Shown here in pieces: positions 63,127-64,000 of a DNA stretch of 64,000 bases. A program made the position numbers and the translations under genes. The DNA comes from Selaginella moellendorffii. Taxonomy: Eukaryota > Plantae > Lycopodiophyta. How positions within the stretch are numbered: position 1 is the first letter of the stretch; every line of letters begins with the position of its first letter. The DNA lies in NCBI RefSeq assembly GCF_000143415.4, contig NW_003314283.1, forward strand, positions 985,734-1,049,733, in the 5' to 3' direction. The notes under the pieces were generated by a model. The model was not told the origin of the DNA. It was given only the letters and a program-made list of their open reading frames with translations, and did no database searches.

Positions 63127-64000
63127 CTACTGCCAGCCACATGGTATGTGCAAATGCGATTCGTGCACCATCTCTCTACACCAATGATCAATTGCAGTGT
63201 AGGGAGCTTCCGACACGACACTTGCTTGCCAAGATCGCCACAGCATGCCGCAGTAGATCCAGGGCACCCATTGCAGGGGCTGCAGCTTAACACGTCCTGG
63301 GTGCTCTCGTGCAAACTCCTTGAGCAACGCAGGGATCTGTGGAGTAGCATCGTTGCTAGTGTAGACACACTTCAGCTCCACATCTGTGTCACTGCTTCTC
63401 TTCACCAGCTCACGAAGGAACTCCAGTTCCGGACCTGTTCTTTCCCAGATGTGCTTGCTGTAGACAAACTCGACTCTAACTGTCAAGGGGCTCTTCCTGC
63501 TGTTCCAATTTGCAACGTTGAGTTGCTGCATTTCGTCACACACACCGTGAGGCACTGGAACAAGAAAGCAAAAGCTTCACCTTGATACTTATGAAAGAGA
63601 CAATGAACTCCTCAAGCCCCTGGAACGGCTCCAGCAGGGCCACAAGATCAATAGAGCAGGGTGGAATGCCATCGTCAAAGATGCAGAAGTAGAACTTCTT
63701 CAGGCTCGACGTTCTACACAACGCTGCCTTGTCCATTACTTGGGTGGGGTTGCTAAACGGATTGAGGAAGATGATCTTTTTGAGCCTGGTGTAGCCCAGC
63801 CCCTGGATGTTCCACATGCTCTCTCTCACCCGGATCCACTCTACGTTGCATGTAACTCGATGTGCGGAGCAAAGAAGAACATCCACCGGAGCTTTGGTGT
63901 GTCAAGGGCAAGTGTAAAGTTGTCCACTCCACCACCCTCGCAGTGTTCCGACTGGCAGCTGTCGAGGCTGCGGCTCTTGAGCACGTAGGTACCTGCATAA
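63127..64000 (-). CDS. 3' exons of an unidentified gene or pseudogene extending beyond the window
   Basis: Coding-like ORFs 63536-63886 and 63127-63555 with plausible splice signals; no family recognised. Confidence 0.35.

Overview
Gene-dense eukaryotic (land-plant) genomic DNA. The ~50-60 nt GT-AG introns, very short intergenic spacers and several PLS/SS-type PPR genes suggest a lycophyte such as Selaginella (inference). Recognisable genes, left to right: PI4K-gamma (3' part), PPR, proline iminopeptidase, Fic protein 1, DUF3598-like protein, frameshifted Fic protein 2, PPR, kinesin-12, BT1 carrier, ceQORH, PLA2-family protein, ERF, a stand-alone eIF4A-III C-terminal domain gene, CHLP, ERF with EAR motif, an RLCK-like pseudokinase, DUF604 glycosyltransferase, TMEM14/FAX-like protein, dynein light chain, sulfite oxidase, PPR, and a disrupted ubiquitin-specific protease. 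The 34-53 kb interval is an accessory region holding a structurally complete but decayed MULE (TIRs plus 10-bp TSD), gypsy, LINE and hAT-like remnants, and two inverted NRPC1 pseudogene fragments. The two most unusual items are (1) the Fic-DUF3598-Fic cluster at 8.5-11.8 kb, with an NLS-bearing Fic protein, tRNA T-loop-like hairpins in the divergent promoter and operon-like spacing, and (2) an intact four-exon gene for only the RecA2 domain of an eIF4A-III-like helicase with dead catalytic motifs. All homology calls were made by eye from known motifs; no searches were run.
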